DNA of 27,945 nucleotides from a virus (Duplodnaviria; Heunggongvirae; Uroviricota; Caudoviricetes): IMG/VR virus record IMGVR_UViG_2695420817_000020; one strand, 5' to 3'. Shown piece by piece: positions 27,667 to 27,945 of this stretch (position 1 is its first letter; each line of letters starts with the position of its first letter). The notes under the pieces were generated by a model. It saw only the letters and a program-made list of their open reading frames with translations, ran no database searches and was not told where the DNA came from. The position numbers and the translations under genes were made by a program.

Positions 27667-27702
27667 AATGCCAGCAAGAGATTTCATATTTGGGAGAGCA
27701 TC

Positions 27703-27945
27703 ATGCTGGAACTACTTTTTGTAATTGGCTTTTTTGTCATGCTGATGGTCACCGGTGTTTCGTTGCTGGGTATTATCGCCGCGCTGATTGTGGCGACGGC
27801 CTTTATGTTCCTCGGCGGTATGCTGGCATTGATGATTAAGTTGCTGCCGTGGCTGCTGTTGGCGGTTGCGGTGGTGTGGGTGATCAGGGCGATAAAAGCA
27901 CCAAAAGTGCCGAAATATCAGCGTTATGACCGCTGGCGTTACTAA
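27703..27945 (+). CDS. pspG: Phage shock protein G
   Basis: 80-aa very hydrophobic protein (MLELLFVIGFFVMLMV...RYDRWRY) with GGGAGAG RBS, downstream of dusA. The tracked ORF start at 27493 is an upstream extension. Confidence 0.85.
   Translation: MLELLFVIGFFVMLMVTGVSLLGIIAALIVATAFMFLGGMLALMIKLLPWLLLAVAVVWVIRAIKAPKVPKYQRYDRWRY

Noticed and set aside
27493-27702. N-terminal extension of pspG (tracked ORF from 27493)
   Set aside because: The extension covers the intergenic promoter region. The ATG at 27703 has a proper RBS and gives the expected 80-aa PspG.
1-27945. Search for CRISPR arrays, tRNA/tmRNA genes, IS elements and multi-gene defence operons (restriction-modification, toxin-antitoxin, retron-like)
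   Set aside because: No direct-repeat/spacer arrays, no cloverleaf-like tRNA candidates next to the integrase, no transposase-like ORFs or terminal inverted repeats, and no recognisable nuclease/ATPase/methylase cargo outside the virion and lysis modules. The only cargo candidates are the single-gene morons reported as findings.

Overview
This window reads as an Enterobacteriaceae (E. coli-like) chromosome segment carrying about 26.5 kb of the late region and integration module of a temperate prophage, followed by host dusA and pspG. Almost every phage gene is on the + strand, in this order: a partial DUF968-like gene, a lambdoid Q antiterminator with a candidate late promoter and short-transcript terminator, a lysis cassette (holin pair, GH19 endolysin, Rz with embedded Rz1), an HNH endonuclease, a candidate cos region, small and large terminase, portal, prohead protease, HK97-type major capsid, head-tail connectors, then a Mu-like contractile tail (sheath, tube, frameshifted chaperone, tape measure, DNA-circulation protein, baseplate gp44-gp48 analogues). 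The tail ends in a Gin/Pin/Hin-type invertible tail-fibre segment with a serine invertase, then a LexA-box-controlled DinI-family gene and a tyrosine integrase divergent from dusA. I found no CRISPR array, tRNA gene or IS element. The candidate novel content is three short own-signal cargo loci that interrupt conserved modules: a signal-peptide protein in an A+T-rich insert between tape measure and baseplate genes, a 74-aa protein in an A+T-rich island between the lysis cassette and HNH/terminase, and an 85-aa coiled-coil ORF in the Q-to-holin slot. None is a recognisable multi-gene defence system, and I could not assign a function to any of them from sequence alone. All family calls rest on motif and synteny recognition by eye; no database search was run.
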